Of a stretch of 64,000 nt of DNA, positions 37,197 to 47,485 are shown piece by piece. A program made the translations under genes and the position numbers. Source of the stretch: Burkholderiales bacterium. Its GTDB lineage: Bacteria > Pseudomonadota > Gammaproteobacteria > Burkholderiales > Burkholderiaceae_C. Where the stretch lies: assembly GCA_031359975.1 (NCBI GenBank), contig JANMAS010000499.1, forward strand, positions 3,149-67,148, read 5' to 3'. A model generated the notes under the pieces. That model did no database searches. It was not told the origin of the DNA and worked only from the letters and a program-made list of their open reading frames with translations. The stretch's first letter is position 1, and the number at the start of each line of letters is the position of its first letter.

Positions 37197-37409
37197 TCAG
37201 GCCACCTGGGAAGGCCCCGGCGGCGCCCGATCCGACCACAGCTGGCCTCCGGTGGCCCAGTCATGGCGGGCGATGTCGAAGAACAGCACATCGATACCGT
37301 CGGCCGAGCCGCCGAGCGTGCGCACGGTCGCCTCGGTCAGCGCTTGCGCCAGCGCGCTTTTCTGGGCAGGCGAACGCCCCTCGAACAGCTCGACACGGAT
37401 GGTTGGCAT
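37197..37409 (-). CDS. 4-oxalocrotonate tautomerase family protein
   Basis: 70 aa beginning MPTIRVELFEGRSPAQK, with the catalytic Pro1 signature. Confidence 0.8.
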   Translation of the reverse strand: MPTIRVELFEGRSPAQKSALAQALTEATVRTLGGSADGIDVLFFDIARHDWATGGQLWSDRAPPGPSQVA

Positions 37410-37450
37410 GAGGTGTTTTCCTTGAAGTGTGAGGAGTGGTAAGTTCGATC

Positions 37451-38203
37451 TCAATCGGCATACCCGGGCGACAAACGGTCGAGCCGGCGCCGCAGCGCCG
37501 GCCATTCGACATCGCCATCCCACTCGCTGCCATCGCCCACCCATTGGTTGTAGGTGCGTGTGGCGAGTTCCGGGCTGGCGACCATCAGGCCCGCACCCGC
37601 AGCCTGGGCACGCAGTTGGGCTTGCGCCGCGCGTTCGAGCAAGTGCATCAGCATCCAGGCTTCAGCCACCGTGCGGCCCACCACCATCGTGCCGTGGTTC
37701 TCCAGGATCAGCCCATCGAGCTGGCCCAGGTTGGCGACCAGCCGCTCTTGCTCCGGCGTGCCGAGCGCCAGGCCTTCGTAGGCATGGCGCCCCAGGCGCC
37801 GGTACAGCCGCATCGCGTATTGCGACGTCGGCAGCAGGCCCTCGGGCCGCATCGCCAGCGCCACGCCCCACGGCGTGTGCAGGTGGATCACGCATTCCAG
37901 CTCCGGCCGAGCCCGATGCACTGCGCCGTGAATGGTGAAACCGGTGGGATTGACCGGCCGCGCCGATCCATCGATCACCTCGCCGCGCAGGTTCACCTTC
38001 ACCAGATTGGTGGCGGTGACTTCGTCGAACGCCAGACCGAACTCGTTGATGAGGTAGGCACCCGGCTCGCCCGGCACGGTGGCCGAAAGGTGGGTGTAGA
38101 CGGTGTCGTCCCAGCCATTGAGCGCCGCCAGGCGATACGCGCCGGCCAGATCGATGCGCACCTCGCGTTCGGTACGCAGTGGCTGTTCGGCGAGGCGATT
38201 CAT
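37451..38203 (-). CDS. Class II aldolase/adducin-domain protein
   Basis: The ATG at 38203 gives 250 aa. Family segments are HGAVHRARPELECVIHLHTP and LILENHGTMVVGRTVAEA. Confidence 0.85.
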   Translation of the reverse strand: MNRLAEQPLRTEREVRIDLAGAYRLAALNGWDDTVYTHLSATVPGEPGAYLINEFGLAFDEVTATNLVKVNLRGEVIDGSARPVNPTGFTIHGAVHRARPELECVIHLHTPWGVALAMRPEGLLPTSQYAMRLYRRLGRHAYEGLALGTPEQERLVANLGQLDGLILENHGTMVVGRTVAEAWMLMHLLERAAQAQLRAQAAGAGLMVASPELATRTYNQWVGDGSEWDGDVEWPALRRRLDRLSPGYAD

Positions 38204-38895
38204 GGTTCGGATGATGCGCGCACCTGCCAGCTCGGGCGGCGATACGGCATGGGCAGCAACACCGAAAAGATCAGGTACAGCGCGTAGGCCGTGATGGCGG
38301 CCTGCACCAGCGCCACCAGTCTGAGCGCGGGTGTCGCATGGGCAATCAGATCGGCCCATTCCAGGCTGCTGACCATCAGCACCGCGATGCCGCCGCACAG
38401 CATCGCGAGCAGGGTCTCGACCACCGCCAAACGCTGCGCTCGCCGACGCGCCACGCCCAACACGAGGTGGACGACAAACCCGGCGCAAGCCGCCCCCACG
38501 ATGCCCACGCTGAGGTCGGGATAAGCCGCCGAGCGCAGCAAATCCTCAGCCAGCAGGCTGAGCATCACCACCATGCCGATGAACGCCGTCATGCACGCAA
38601 ACATCAGCGCCGATTGCCGGGCCGATACACCCGCCGCCGGGTCCAGCGCGTCGAGATCGTCTTCCAGCCGTTGCAGGCGCCGGTCTTGCGCCTCGGCCCA
38701 GGCCAGGCCGGCGGCCAGCACAAACAAGGTGGCCATCGCCGGCCACAGCGCCGCCCAAGCCGGCGACTCTGCAAACAGCGGCCACGGCAACAGGCCGAGC
38801 GCAAAGGCCCCCAGCACGAGCGCGGAATAAAGGCGCGGCGATTGCTTCAGATTCAGCGCTGGTGCGGCGTCGCGCGGTGGGGCTGCGATCGTCAT
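38200..38895 (-). CDS. Hypothetical polytopic membrane protein
   Basis: 231 aa with several hydrophobic helices. ATGA overlaps join it to both neighbours (panE-like upstream, aldolase downstream). Confidence 0.55.
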   Translation of the reverse strand: MTIAAPPRDAAPALNLKQSPRLYSALVLGAFALGLLPWPLFAESPAWAALWPAMATLFVLAAGLAWAEAQDRRLQRLEDDLDALDPAAGVSARQSALMFACMTAFIGMVVMLSLLAEDLLRSAAYPDLSVGIVGAACAGFVVHLVLGVARRRAQRLAVVETLLAMLCGGIAVLMVSSLEWADLIAHATPALRLVALVQAAITAYALYLIFSVLLPMPYRRPSWQVRASSEP

Positions 38896-39890
38896 CGCGG
38901 CAGCTCGGGGGCGGGCGGATACAAGCCTCGGGAGCGGGCAAACAGCCGCGTCAGCCCCAGCAGCGCATCGATGTTCGGCGTGGGCACACCCACTCGCTGG
39001 GCCATCTCCCGCGTGACAGCCACGATGCTGTCGATCTCCAGCGGCCGGCCGGCTTCCAGGTCTTGCAGCATCGAGCTCTTGAACGCGCCCAGCCGGCGCG
39101 TGATCGCATGGCGATCGTCAGGGCTCTGCGCCACGGCGCAACCGATGCGCTCGCCCACTTCGCTGGCTTCGCTCATGGCAGCGCTGCAAAACGCGCGCAC
39201 GAGCGGATCATCGAGCAGGCGGTCCAGCGTGGCACCGGTGATCGCCGAGACCGGATTCATCGTCAGGTTGCCCCACAGCTTGAACCAGATCGGCTGGCGG
39301 ATGTCGGGCGAGACGGTGACGTCGATGCCCGCATGGCTCAGCAGCGCCGCGAGTTCGAGCACACGGGGCGACTCGCCACCACCCGGTTCGCCGATGGCCA
39401 GCGAGTTGCCGAAGTGATGCGCCACCACACCCGGCTCCTCGACAGCGCTGCTGATGTGCACCACACAACCCACCACATGGTGCAGCGCGATCGCCTGCGC
39501 GATGCGCCCGCCGGGGTCCACGCTGTCCAGCGGCGCCTCGCCCAGCGCCGCCGCGCCCAGGCCAAACCACCACGGCACGCCGTTCATGGCCGGCAGCACG
39601 ATGGTGTGATCGCCGAGCAGCGGCCCGATCTGTTGCGCCACCGCCTGCAGCGCCGGCCCCTTCACCGCCACCACCACCACATCCTGCACACCCAGCTCGG
39701 CGGGATGTTCCACCGCCCGAGCAGCGCATTGCAGCAACTCACCGCCCTGGCGTAGGCGCCAACCGTGCGCGCGCAACGCCGCCAGCGTGGCGCCCCGTGC
39801 CACCACACCGACATCGGCCTGACACGCGTGCGCCAGACGGGTACCGATGTAGCCGCCGATGGCGCCGGCGCCGTAGATGCAAACCTTCAT
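38892..39890 (-). CDS. panE: 2-dehydropantoate 2-reductase (ApbA/PanE family)
   Basis: The ATG at 39890 gives MKVCIYGAGAIGGYIGTRLA, a Rossmann motif. The family-typical length is about 332 aa. Confidence 0.8.
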   Translation of the reverse strand: MKVCIYGAGAIGGYIGTRLAHACQADVGVVARGATLAALRAHGWRLRQGGELLQCAARAVEHPAELGVQDVVVVAVKGPALQAVAQQIGPLLGDHTIVLPAMNGVPWWFGLGAAALGEAPLDSVDPGGRIAQAIALHHVVGCVVHISSAVEEPGVVAHHFGNSLAIGEPGGGESPRVLELAALLSHAGIDVTVSPDIRQPIWFKLWGNLTMNPVSAITGATLDRLLDDPLVRAFCSAAMSEASEVGERIGCAVAQSPDDRHAITRRLGAFKSSMLQDLEAGRPLEIDSIVAVTREMAQRVGVPTPNIDALLGLTRLFARSRGLYPPAPELPR

Positions 39891-39997
39891 CCGCTGATCC
39901 TCGTCGTGCGTTGTGCCAAGCAGCGACGATAACCACATTCGGGGCTCACAACGCGCCAGGCCGCCTGCGCGGCCAGCACCTCAAGTGCCCGAGGTGG

Positions 39998-40963
39998 TCA
40001 GAACTTCTTCACCATCTCGACGATCTTGCTCACATCGATGGATCGCGCCGCTTGCTGGATCTGCGGCAGGTACTGGCTTTGCAGTTGCCGCGCGGGCTCG
40101 AGCAGCGAGTTGAATGTCTGCTGCAGCATCGCGGTATTCATCTGCCGGCCTTCGGCGTAGTACCGTTTGGCGAGATGGCCGAGCGCGTAGGTGCTGGCAA
40201 ATGAAAACGCCATTCCGGTGGCCGCGCCGCCCGCCATGCGGCCCACGCCGCCCACCACGGCGCCCAGCAAACCACCCAGCAATTTGCGCCCGAACTGCTC
40301 CAGAAATTGCGAGGTGAGCCCCACGCCCGCCGCCGCGAGAAATTCCTTGATATGGCCCTTGTCGAGCTCATAGCCATGCGTCTGGCCGATGCGATAAACC
40401 AGCTTCATCTGCAACGGAATGATGGCCATCGAGGCCCAGGATTGCGGCAGCAACTCGAGCGCGCCGCACAGGATCGACTGATTCAGGATCGTGGCGTCGA
40501 GCTCCGAATCGTTGACCTGGGGTTTGGCCACGGTGGCCACGGTGGCCGTGGCGGCAGTGACGGCCGAATCCGGCTCCCCCAGCGGCAACGCCACCAGCGC
40601 ACCGGCTTCGCGCTCCACTTGCGCCGTTTGCGCATCGCCCAGCGACAGGGCAGCTTTCAGCGCCGCCAGGAAGCGCTGCTCCGCCGGTGATTGAGCGCCG
40701 TCCGCATCGCACACACATACCGCCAGTTCATAGGCCAGTTGGCGATGGCCCGGTTCGGTCAGGCCGGCCGCGGCCGTGGCCACATCCACACGCCCGAGCA
40801 ACACATCGGGATGCACATCGGCCAGGCTGGCCGCACCCTGGGCGCCGGCAATCGATTCGGCGATGCGCTTGATCGCATCGCGTTCGCTGTCGGCCTTGTC
40901 GCCATCGGCCAGCGCGGCCAGCAAGGCGATGGTGAGCAAGGCGCGTTGTTCAGTGGTGGTCAT
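39998..40963 (-). CDS. TerB-like N-terminal domain protein with a DUF697-like membrane-associated C-terminal domain
   Basis: The N-terminus reads ALLTIALLAALADGDKADSERDAIKRIAE...SPAEQRFLAAL (TerB-like). The C-terminus reads GALELLPQSWASMAIIPLQMKLVYRIG. The family assignment is tentative. Confidence 0.55.
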   Translation of the reverse strand: MTTTEQRALLTIALLAALADGDKADSERDAIKRIAESIAGAQGAASLADVHPDVLLGRVDVATAAAGLTEPGHRQLAYELAVCVCDADGAQSPAEQRFLAALKAALSLGDAQTAQVEREAGALVALPLGEPDSAVTAATATVATVAKPQVNDSELDATILNQSILCGALELLPQSWASMAIIPLQMKLVYRIGQTHGYELDKGHIKEFLAAAGVGLTSQFLEQFGRKLLGGLLGAVVGGVGRMAGGAATGMAFSFASTYALGHLAKRYYAEGRQMNTAMLQQTFNSLLEPARQLQSQYLPQIQQAARSIDVSKIVEMVKKF

Positions 40964-40984
40964 GATGCGGTACTCGGGCGTCGA

Positions 40985-41542
40985 TCAGCGCGGATTCTCG
41001 CGCCGCCAGGTCTGCACCGCCTTCATCGTGTTCGACACGTGCTCATCAGGATTCAGGCTGGAATAGGCGTAGAGGATGCGGCCTTGCGGGCCGATCACAT
41101 ACGAGATGCGGTCGGCCATCTGCGGCATGACGGCGAGCGTGGCGTCGTACTGCTTGGCGATCCGGGCGCCGCTGTCGGCGGCCACCGCAAATTTGTCGCG
41201 GCAGGCTTCAGTGGAAAACTTCTTCAGCGTGTCGATGGTGTCGTTCGACATGCCGATCACGGTGGCCCCGAGCTCGTTGAAAGCCGGCGTGGCCTCGGCA
41301 AACTGATGGGCCTCCACGGTGCAGCCGCTGGTGAACGCCTTCGGATAGAAGTACAGCACCACCGGGCCCTTCTTCAGCGCCTGCGCGAGGTTGAAGTTGA
41401 ACGCCTTGCCGGCCAGCGCGGCATCGGTGGTGAAGGAGGGGGCTGGCGCGCCCACCGCCAGGGCGGCCGAGGCCGAAGCCGCGGCGAGGCCGAGGGAGGC
41501 ACCGAGCGCGGCACCGATCAGAAAGGGTTTGACAGTCATCAA
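40985..41542 (-). CDS. Peroxiredoxin (AhpC/TSA family), secreted
   Basis: A signal peptide is present, and the active-site context is YFYPKAFTSGCTVEAHQF. Confidence 0.85.
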   Translation of the reverse strand: MMTVKPFLIGAALGASLGLAAASASAALAVGAPAPSFTTDAALAGKAFNFNLAQALKKGPVVLYFYPKAFTSGCTVEAHQFAEATPAFNELGATVIGMSNDTIDTLKKFSTEACRDKFAVAADSGARIAKQYDATLAVMPQMADRISYVIGPQGRILYAYSSLNPDEHVSNTMKAVQTWRRENPR

Positions 41543-41695
41543 GAGCTCCTGGAGTCGGATGACTCTAGCCGCTGATGCCGTGGTCGCCCTGCCTTGTGGG
41601 TATTGCCGGGGCTGTTGCGTCGGCTTTCAAGTGCCGTGTGAGCCTGCCCGGCCGCCCGACGGGCGAACAGCGCAGTGCGAAGCACGAAGCTTGCC

Positions 41696-41971
41696 CTATG
41701 CCCGCGGCCAGCGCAGCCACAGATCGGCGGCGTGCGCCACGCCGGCCAGCGCCAACCAAGGCGCCACCCCGCCCACGCCCTGCCCCGCCACCGCCGCGCG
41801 CAGTGCCAGCATCAGGCAGGCACCGGCGAGCAGGCTGCCCGCCAGGTCTCGCAGCGCCGGGCCCTTGCCGCGCCAGGCCCGCCAGGCGATCAGCGCCGCC
41901 GCTTCGATCACGGTGAACACGATCACCGCTGTCACCAGGTCGAGCAGATCAAGGCGGTCGAGCAGTGCCAT
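41696..41971 (-). CDS. Hypothetical small membrane protein downstream of tspO
   Basis: 91-aa ORF with two or three hydrophobic helices. It starts 8 nt after the tspO stop with no clear SD. Confidence 0.4.
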   Translation of the reverse strand: MALLDRLDLLDLVTAVIVFTVIEAAALIAWRAWRGKGPALRDLAGSLLAGACLMLALRAAVAGQGVGGVAPWLALAGVAHAADLWLRWPRA

Positions 41972-41979
41972 GGTTCACA

Positions 41980-42489
41980 TCATCCACGGCCGAACGGTGC
42001 GTTGAGCTGCACGATCGTGTAGTTCAGGAAGGCGGCAAAGCTCACCCAGGCCAGGTAGGGTGTGAGCATCCACGCCGCCGCACGCGACCAGCGGCCCAGC
42101 ACCACCATCAACAGCCCGATCGACAGCCACAGGAAACCCACTTCGGCCAGGGCCCAGTCGGGCCGCTGCAGGCGAAAGAACAGCAAGCTCCACGAGACGT
42201 TGAGACAGCCGTTCAGCGCAAACAGGCCGATGATCCACGCGTGCCGCGAGCGGCTCGGCGAGCTGCGCCAGGCCTTCACCCCGGCAGCCGCGGTAAATGC
42301 GTAGATCGTCGTCCACACCGGGCCGAAGAGCCAATCGGGGGGTTGCCAGTCCGGCTTGCGAAGTGCGCGATACCAGGGGCCGATGTCGGTGGACAAGCCG
42401 CCAATCGTGGCCAGCGCCAACGCCGCCAGCGCGGCGATCGCCACGGGCTTCCAGCGTGAACGGCGGTGCGCCGGGCCGGCCAACGTCAC
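41980..42489 (-). CDS. tspO: Tryptophan-rich sensory protein TspO/MBR
   Basis: Family segments are PDWLFGPVWTTIYAF, WSLLFFRLQ and YLAWVSFAAFLNY. The GTG start overlaps the bchP stop (GTGA). Confidence 0.9.
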   Translation of the reverse strand: MTLAGPAHRRSRWKPVAIAALAALALATIGGLSTDIGPWYRALRKPDWQPPDWLFGPVWTTIYAFTAAAGVKAWRSSPSRSRHAWIIGLFALNGCLNVSWSLLFFRLQRPDWALAEVGFLWLSIGLLMVVLGRWSRAAAWMLTPYLAWVSFAAFLNYTIVQLNAPFGRG

Positions 42490-43757
42490 ACGCGCGCGAG
42501 GCCCAGCAGATGAGCCATGTCCTTGAGGAAGATGCGCACATGCGCCATCGGCTTGGCGCGCACCAGCGCCTTGTTCATGTAGGCATCGAAAGTGAGCTGC
42601 TGCACATCGCGGTCGCGACAGATGCTGACAAACCGCTCGCGCCGCGCCTCGCTGCGATACCAGAAGCGCTGCATCATGCCCAGCACCCAGAACACCTTGC
42701 CATGCTCGCGCATGAAACGCTTGCGCGCGCTGGCCAGCACCTTGGCATCACCGGTGCGCACCATCTCCGCCACCGCCTGCGCCGCCATCTGGCCGCCCAC
42801 CATGGCGTAGTAGATGCCCTCACCGGAAGCCGGCGCCACCACGCCGGCCGCATCGCCGGCCAGCACCACATCGCGGCCGTTATCCCAGCGCGCCAGCGGC
42901 TTCATCGGCAGCGGCGCGCCTTCGCGCCGCACCGTCTCGAAGCCGGTAAGGCCGGCCGCGCGGCGCAGCTCGCCGGTGGCGCCGCGCAGCGAAAAACCCT
43001 TGTCGGCACTGCCGGTGCCCACGCTGAGCGTCTTGCCGTGCGGAAACACCCAGCCGTAGAAATCAGGCGAAAGCAGGCCGCGGTAATACACATCGCAGCG
43101 CGAGGCGTCGTAGTCGGCCGACGTGTTCTCGGGCACCTTCAGGATCTCGTGGTATGCAAACACACAAGCCACCGGCTTGGCTTTAGGGAGCGCCTGCTGG
43201 GCCACCCGCGAGCGCGCGCCATCGGCACCGATCACGGCACGGGTGCGCACCCGCATCATCGGCACGCTGCGTGCGCCGCCGGGATCGGTGGGCATCTCGT
43301 CGTCGGCCAGATCGGCACCCAGACGCCAGTTCGACACATCCGACGCGCCGGCCGTGCGATACACCACCACGCAGGTGCCGTCGGCATCCCGATCGAGCTG
43401 CTCGAACGTGCCTTCGCGCCGCACCGCGCCGGCTTCGACGGCGCGCACACGAAGCCACTCATCGAAATGCTCGCGATCGACCATGCCGACAAAGCCGCCC
43501 TCGATCGGGATATCCACCTTCTTGTCGGCCGGCGAGATCATGCGCGCGCACCGCGCACGCGCCACCAGCAGCGAATCGGGAATCGCAAAATCCTTGATCA
43601 GGCGCGGCGGGATGGCGCCGCCGCAGGGCTTGATGCGGCCGGCACGATCGAGCAGCAGCACCTTGCGGCCCGCCATGGCGAGCTCGTGCGCCGCCGTGGC
43701 GCCCGCAGGCCCACCGCCCACGACCACCGCATCGTAGACATCCATCTTGTTCACCAT
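42486..43757 (-). CDS. bchP: Geranylgeranyl-bacteriochlorophyllide/diphosphate reductase
   Basis: 423 aa. The FAD motif is YDAVVVGGGPAGATAA, followed by RIKPCGGAIPPRLI, which is typical of BchP/ChlP. Confidence 0.92.
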   Translation of the reverse strand: MVNKMDVYDAVVVGGGPAGATAAHELAMAGRKVLLLDRAGRIKPCGGAIPPRLIKDFAIPDSLLVARARCARMISPADKKVDIPIEGGFVGMVDREHFDEWLRVRAVEAGAVRREGTFEQLDRDADGTCVVVYRTAGASDVSNWRLGADLADDEMPTDPGGARSVPMMRVRTRAVIGADGARSRVAQQALPKAKPVACVFAYHEILKVPENTSADYDASRCDVYYRGLLSPDFYGWVFPHGKTLSVGTGSADKGFSLRGATGELRRAAGLTGFETVRREGAPLPMKPLARWDNGRDVVLAGDAAGVVAPASGEGIYYAMVGGQMAAQAVAEMVRTGDAKVLASARKRFMREHGKVFWVLGMMQRFWYRSEARRERFVSICRDRDVQQLTFDAYMNKALVRAKPMAHVRIFLKDMAHLLGLARV

Positions 43758-45094
43758 GGTGATACTGCCGGTTGGTTAGAGAGGTAAACAGGCGCCGACG
43801 GCTGGGCCGCCGGTGCATCGATGGCGGTGGCCGCGAGCCGCGCGGCGAGCACGAACAAGCCGGCCTCCAAGGCAAACACCAGCGCATAGGCCGCGCCCGT
43901 GCTGCCGATGAGGGCGCGCGACAGATCGCTGGCCGCGGTGCCGAACAATCCGCCCAAGCCGAAGGCCACCGCCTGCGCGGCGCCCCAGATGCCCATGCGC
44001 ACGCCTTCGCGCGATGGCCCGCCATCGCCGGCCAGCCGCATCATCGAGCCGATGGCGGCGATCGAAAAGGCGCCGTTAGCCACGCCGAGCACGAACACCG
44101 TGGTCTTGAAGGGCCAGGCCGAACCCACGAGACCGGCAGCCACCAGGCCGAGCAGCGCCAAGCCTGAGGCGATGCAGCCGGTGATCGTCCAGATGCGCAA
44201 CGAACCGAGCGAGCGGCCGCCCATGCGGCGCCCGGCCAGCGCCGCCAGCAGCATGCCGGTCAAGGCGCCGCCGTGCTGCAAGCCCGAGAGCTGGGTGGAT
44301 TGGCCCGGGGTGTAGCCCAGCACCGAGCCGGCAAAGGGCTCGAGGATCAGATCCTGGGCGCTGTAGGCCAGCATGGCGATGAAGACGAAGATCGTGAAGC
44401 GACGCGCCTGCGGCTCTGCCCACACCTCGCGCAGCGCCTGTCGAAACGCCGGCTTGCCTTGGGCCTGCGCGATGCCGGCATGCGCCGACGCCGCCTCCTG
44501 TGCCGGCCCTTCGAGCCCGCGCAACGCGACGAGTGTCACCACCATCGCCACGGCCGCCACGATGCACGTCACCCACACCAGCCGCTGCGGCGAATAGGGA
44601 TCGAGAAAGTGCCCGGCCAGGCCGGCGGTGATCGCGAAGCTGGCGATCATCATCAGCCACACCAGCGTGGCCGAACCGGCGCGCCGCGGCGCATCCACCC
44701 GCTTGGCCAGCAGCACCAGCAGGGCCGTGCCGGAGGCGCTCACGCCGATACCGATCAACGCAAACGCGACAAACGCCAGGGCGATACCGGCATAGGGCTG
44801 CGTGGCCATCCAGGCGGTGGCCACCGAAGCCAGCACACCCCCGGTGGCCAGCACCGCCATGCCGCCCAGGATCCACGGTGTGCTGCGACCGCCGCGATCG
44901 GCGCCGTAGCCCATGCGCGGCCTCACCACCTGCACCAGGTAGTGCCATGCCACCAGCATGCCCGGCACCAGCGCCGGCAAGGCCATCTCCACCACCATCA
45001 GGCGATTCAGGGTGGAGGTCGTGAGCACGACGATCGCACCCAATGACGCCTGCACCAGGCCCAGCCGAGCGATGCGGCCCCACCCGAAACTCAT
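43751..45094 (-). CDS. PucC/LhaA-family (BCD) MFS protein located between bchG and bchP
   Basis: The internal ATG at 45094 overlaps the bchG stop (ATGA). The N-terminus LGLVQASLGAIVVLTTSTLNRLMVVE parallels the lhaA N-terminus in this window. 447 aa. Confidence 0.85.
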   Translation of the reverse strand: MSFGWGRIARLGLVQASLGAIVVLTTSTLNRLMVVEMALPALVPGMLVAWHYLVQVVRPRMGYGADRGGRSTPWILGGMAVLATGGVLASVATAWMATQPYAGIALAFVAFALIGIGVSASGTALLVLLAKRVDAPRRAGSATLVWLMMIASFAITAGLAGHFLDPYSPQRLVWVTCIVAAVAMVVTLVALRGLEGPAQEAASAHAGIAQAQGKPAFRQALREVWAEPQARRFTIFVFIAMLAYSAQDLILEPFAGSVLGYTPGQSTQLSGLQHGGALTGMLLAALAGRRMGGRSLGSLRIWTITGCIASGLALLGLVAAGLVGSAWPFKTTVFVLGVANGAFSIAAIGSMMRLAGDGGPSREGVRMGIWGAAQAVAFGLGGLFGTAASDLSRALIGSTGAAYALVFALEAGLFVLAARLAATAIDAPAAQPSAPVYLSNQPAVSPW

Positions 45095-45975
45095 GACGCC
45101 ATCTCCAGGGAGCGCACCGCAAAGGCGCTGACCATCATGCCGATCACGAACACGGGCACGCCGAAGCCGCTGTACCAAAGCGCCTTCTTGCTCGGCGACG
45201 CCAGGAACGCGCCCATCATCAGCACCTGCGTGACGATCAGGCCGGCGAGCCAGAACGCATGTTGCGGCCGATCCCACGACACCAGCAGCATCAGCACCAC
45301 CAGTTGCGGCACCAGCATCATGGCGCAGGCCACCTGCGCCGCCCGCTGCACGCCCAGCCGCACCGGCAGCGAGCCGACGCCCATCTGCCGGTCGCCCACC
45401 ACGGATTTGAAGTCGTTGAGCGTCATGATGCCGTGAGCGCCGGCGCTGTACAGCCCGGCCAGCGCGAGCGATTTGGCGTCGGGCATCGCCCCACCGGCCA
45501 TCACGGCCGCGCCGGTCATCCAGGCCAGGCCTTCGTAGCACAGGCCGCAGGCCGCATTACCCCACCAGCCGTTGTTCTTGAGCCGGATCGGCGGTGCGCT
45601 GTAGGCCCAGGCCAGCACGAGACCGGCCACCGCCGCGCCGAATCCCCAGGGGCCGAGGCTGGCGGCGATGAGCAGCGAGAGCACCGTCCAGGCGATCGCG
45701 ATGTACAAGCCCCACAGGCCGGGCATGCGGCCGGAAGGAATGGGGCGCTGCGGCTCGTTGATCGCATCCACATGGCGATCGAACCAGTCGTTCACCGCCT
45801 GGCTGGTGGCGCACACCAAAGGCCCGGCCAGGATGATGCCCACCGCCGCGATCAGCCAGCGGCTGTCGAGCGATACGCCGGAAGCCACCACACCGCACCC
45901 GAAGGCCCACATGGGCGGGAACCAGGTGATCGGTTTGAGCAACTCCGCAACGGCTGATGGGGCGGGACTTGCCAT
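45091..45975 (-). CDS. bchG: Bacteriochlorophyll synthase (UbiA prenyltransferase family)
   Basis: 294 aa. Family segments are LLKPITWFPPMWAFGCG and NDWFDRHVDAINEPQRPIPSG. Confidence 0.92.
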   Translation of the reverse strand: MASPAPSAVAELLKPITWFPPMWAFGCGVVASGVSLDSRWLIAAVGIILAGPLVCATSQAVNDWFDRHVDAINEPQRPIPSGRMPGLWGLYIAIAWTVLSLLIAASLGPWGFGAAVAGLVLAWAYSAPPIRLKNNGWWGNAACGLCYEGLAWMTGAAVMAGGAMPDAKSLALAGLYSAGAHGIMTLNDFKSVVGDRQMGVGSLPVRLGVQRAAQVACAMMLVPQLVVLMLLVSWDRPQHAFWLAGLIVTQVLMMGAFLASPSKKALWYSGFGVPVFVIGMMVSAFAVRSLEMAS

Positions 45976-45982
45976 GCCACCG

Positions 45983-46026
45983 ATATTGCATCGGTCGCCT
46001 CAAAGCGTCAACCTGGATTTACACTT
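45983..46026 (-). promoter_or_regulatory. Candidate internal promoter plus operator-like motif upstream of bchG
   Basis: The minus strand reads AAGTGTAAATCCAGGTTGACG-N17-CAATAT-N7-ATG. The TTGACG/CAATAT pair has a 17-nt spacer. The motif AAGTGTnAATnnnnGTTGACG recurs upstream of bchF, with 16 of 21 positions identical. Confidence 0.4.
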
Positions 46027-46060
46027 ATCGGCGTCCAAACGCAAGACGCCCACGACACTG

Positions 46061-47485
46061 TCAGGCTGGCTTGTCAGCCTCGGGCCCGAGATCGCCCAGG
46101 CCGTAACGGCGCAGCTTCACGTACAGGCTCTGCCGCGACAAGCCCAGCATCTCGGCGGCCGAGGCGCGGTTGTCGCGCGTGAGCGCGAGCGCGGCTTCGA
46201 TGCACAGCTGCTCGATCAGATCGGTGGTTTCGCCGACGATATCTTTCAGCGGCATGCGGCCCACCAGGCCGGTCAGCTGCGACGCCGACCGGGGCAGCTC
46301 CTTGCCCCCGCCCGTGGCATCCACCGACAAGCGGCGGCCCACATCGCGCACGGTGAACCCAAAACACGGGTGCTCGTCACTGGGCACCGAGGTACCCGAG
46401 ATTTCCACCTCGGTGCTGGTGCCGTACTGGCCGCGCATCGTGGTGGCAAACAGGCGCACGCTGCCGTGCTGGCGCAGGTTGGCGATGAGCACGTTCATGT
46501 CGACGCTGGAGCGGCCGAGCCAGCGTTCGAGCGATTCGCCTTCCACCTGCTCGCGTGCGGCGAGCTGGGTCATTTCGACAAACGCCATGTTGGCTGTGAG
46601 GATGCGGCCGGTGGTGTCGGTGACGATGAAGCCGTCGGGGATGTTGGCCAGCGTTTGCAGCAGCAGGGCGCGCGAATCCGAAGGCAGGGCCAGGCCGTCG
46701 GCCTTCATCGGCGACAGCCGAACCAGGAACAGCGTGCCGCTCTCCTGCCGGAACAGCGCCGCCGAAACACCCAGCTCCCACGCGCCGCCGGCCAGCCTGG
46801 CCTGCAGATCCTGGGAGCGGCCGGTGCCGCGCACGCCGGCGAGCATGGTGGATACCGCTTGTTTGGTGTCGTCGCTGAAACAATCCAAGAAGGAGCGGCC
46901 GACCAATGTGCGCGCCGGATCGCCGATCACCTGCACGGCGGCCGGATTGGCTTCGGTGACGACCAGCGTCTCGGCGTTGATGATCAGCACCGCCTCGGAG
47001 CCGGTGTCGAAAACCAGCCGGTAGCGGGTTTCCATGTGGCGCAGGCGGAGGTAATCGCGCTCCATCGACTGCTGCGCCGCCACCAGACGCTGCTGCAGAG
47101 TGGCCAGCGCGCGAAGATCGCGGCCGAAGGCCACCATGCGGCCATCGCTGCCCACCTTGATGGCCGAATACAGGATCGGCACATCGATGCCGCCGAGCGA
47201 GGGGTGGTTGATATGCCGCCACTTGCGCGTGGCGTTGTTCTGGGCATCGGCCAGCAGGGCGGCCACCTTGGGCCGGCTCTCCACGGTGACCGTGGCCGAC
47301 CAGGGCTGGCCCACCCAACGATTGGAGCCTTCGAAGGCCAGTTGTTCGTTGCCGAGGCTGACATCGCGAATCACACCCGCCGCATCGACCACCAACGCTA
47401 CATCGGCCGCAGCGGCGAGCAGCGTTGCCGCAGCCGTGGCGTCGATGCCGGAAAGCGTGTCCGGAGCCTCGGCAATCGAATTCAA
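46061..47485 (-). CDS. ppsR: Photopigment suppressor PpsR/CrtJ (PAS domains plus Fis-type HTH)
   Basis: 474 aa. The C-terminal HTH is ASAAEMLGLSRQSLYVKLRRYGL, and PAS-like repeats are present. The start is apparently TTG at 47485. Confidence 0.9.
   Translation of the reverse strand: MNSIAEAPDTLSGIDATAAATLLAAAADVALVVDAAGVIRDVSLGNEQLAFEGSNRWVGQPWSATVTVESRPKVAALLADAQNNATRKWRHINHPSLGGIDVPILYSAIKVGSDGRMVAFGRDLRALATLQQRLVAAQQSMERDYLRLRHMETRYRLVFDTGSEAVLIINAETLVVTEANPAAVQVIGDPARTLVGRSFLDCFSDDTKQAVSTMLAGVRGTGRSQDLQARLAGGAWELGVSAALFRQESGTLFLVRLSPMKADGLALPSDSRALLLQTLANIPDGFIVTDTTGRILTANMAFVEMTQLAAREQVEGESLERWLGRSSVDMNVLIANLRQHGSVRLFATTMRGQYGTSTEVEISGTSVPSDEHPCFGFTVRDVGRRLSVDATGGGKELPRSASQLTGLVGRMPLKDIVGETTDLIEQLCIEAALALTRDNRASAAEMLGLSRQSLYVKLRRYGLGDLGPEADKPA

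Noticed and set aside
42297-43787. 496-aa plus-strand ORF opposite bchP
   Set aside because: It is antisense to bchP, which has clear FAD and family motifs, so it is a shadow ORF.
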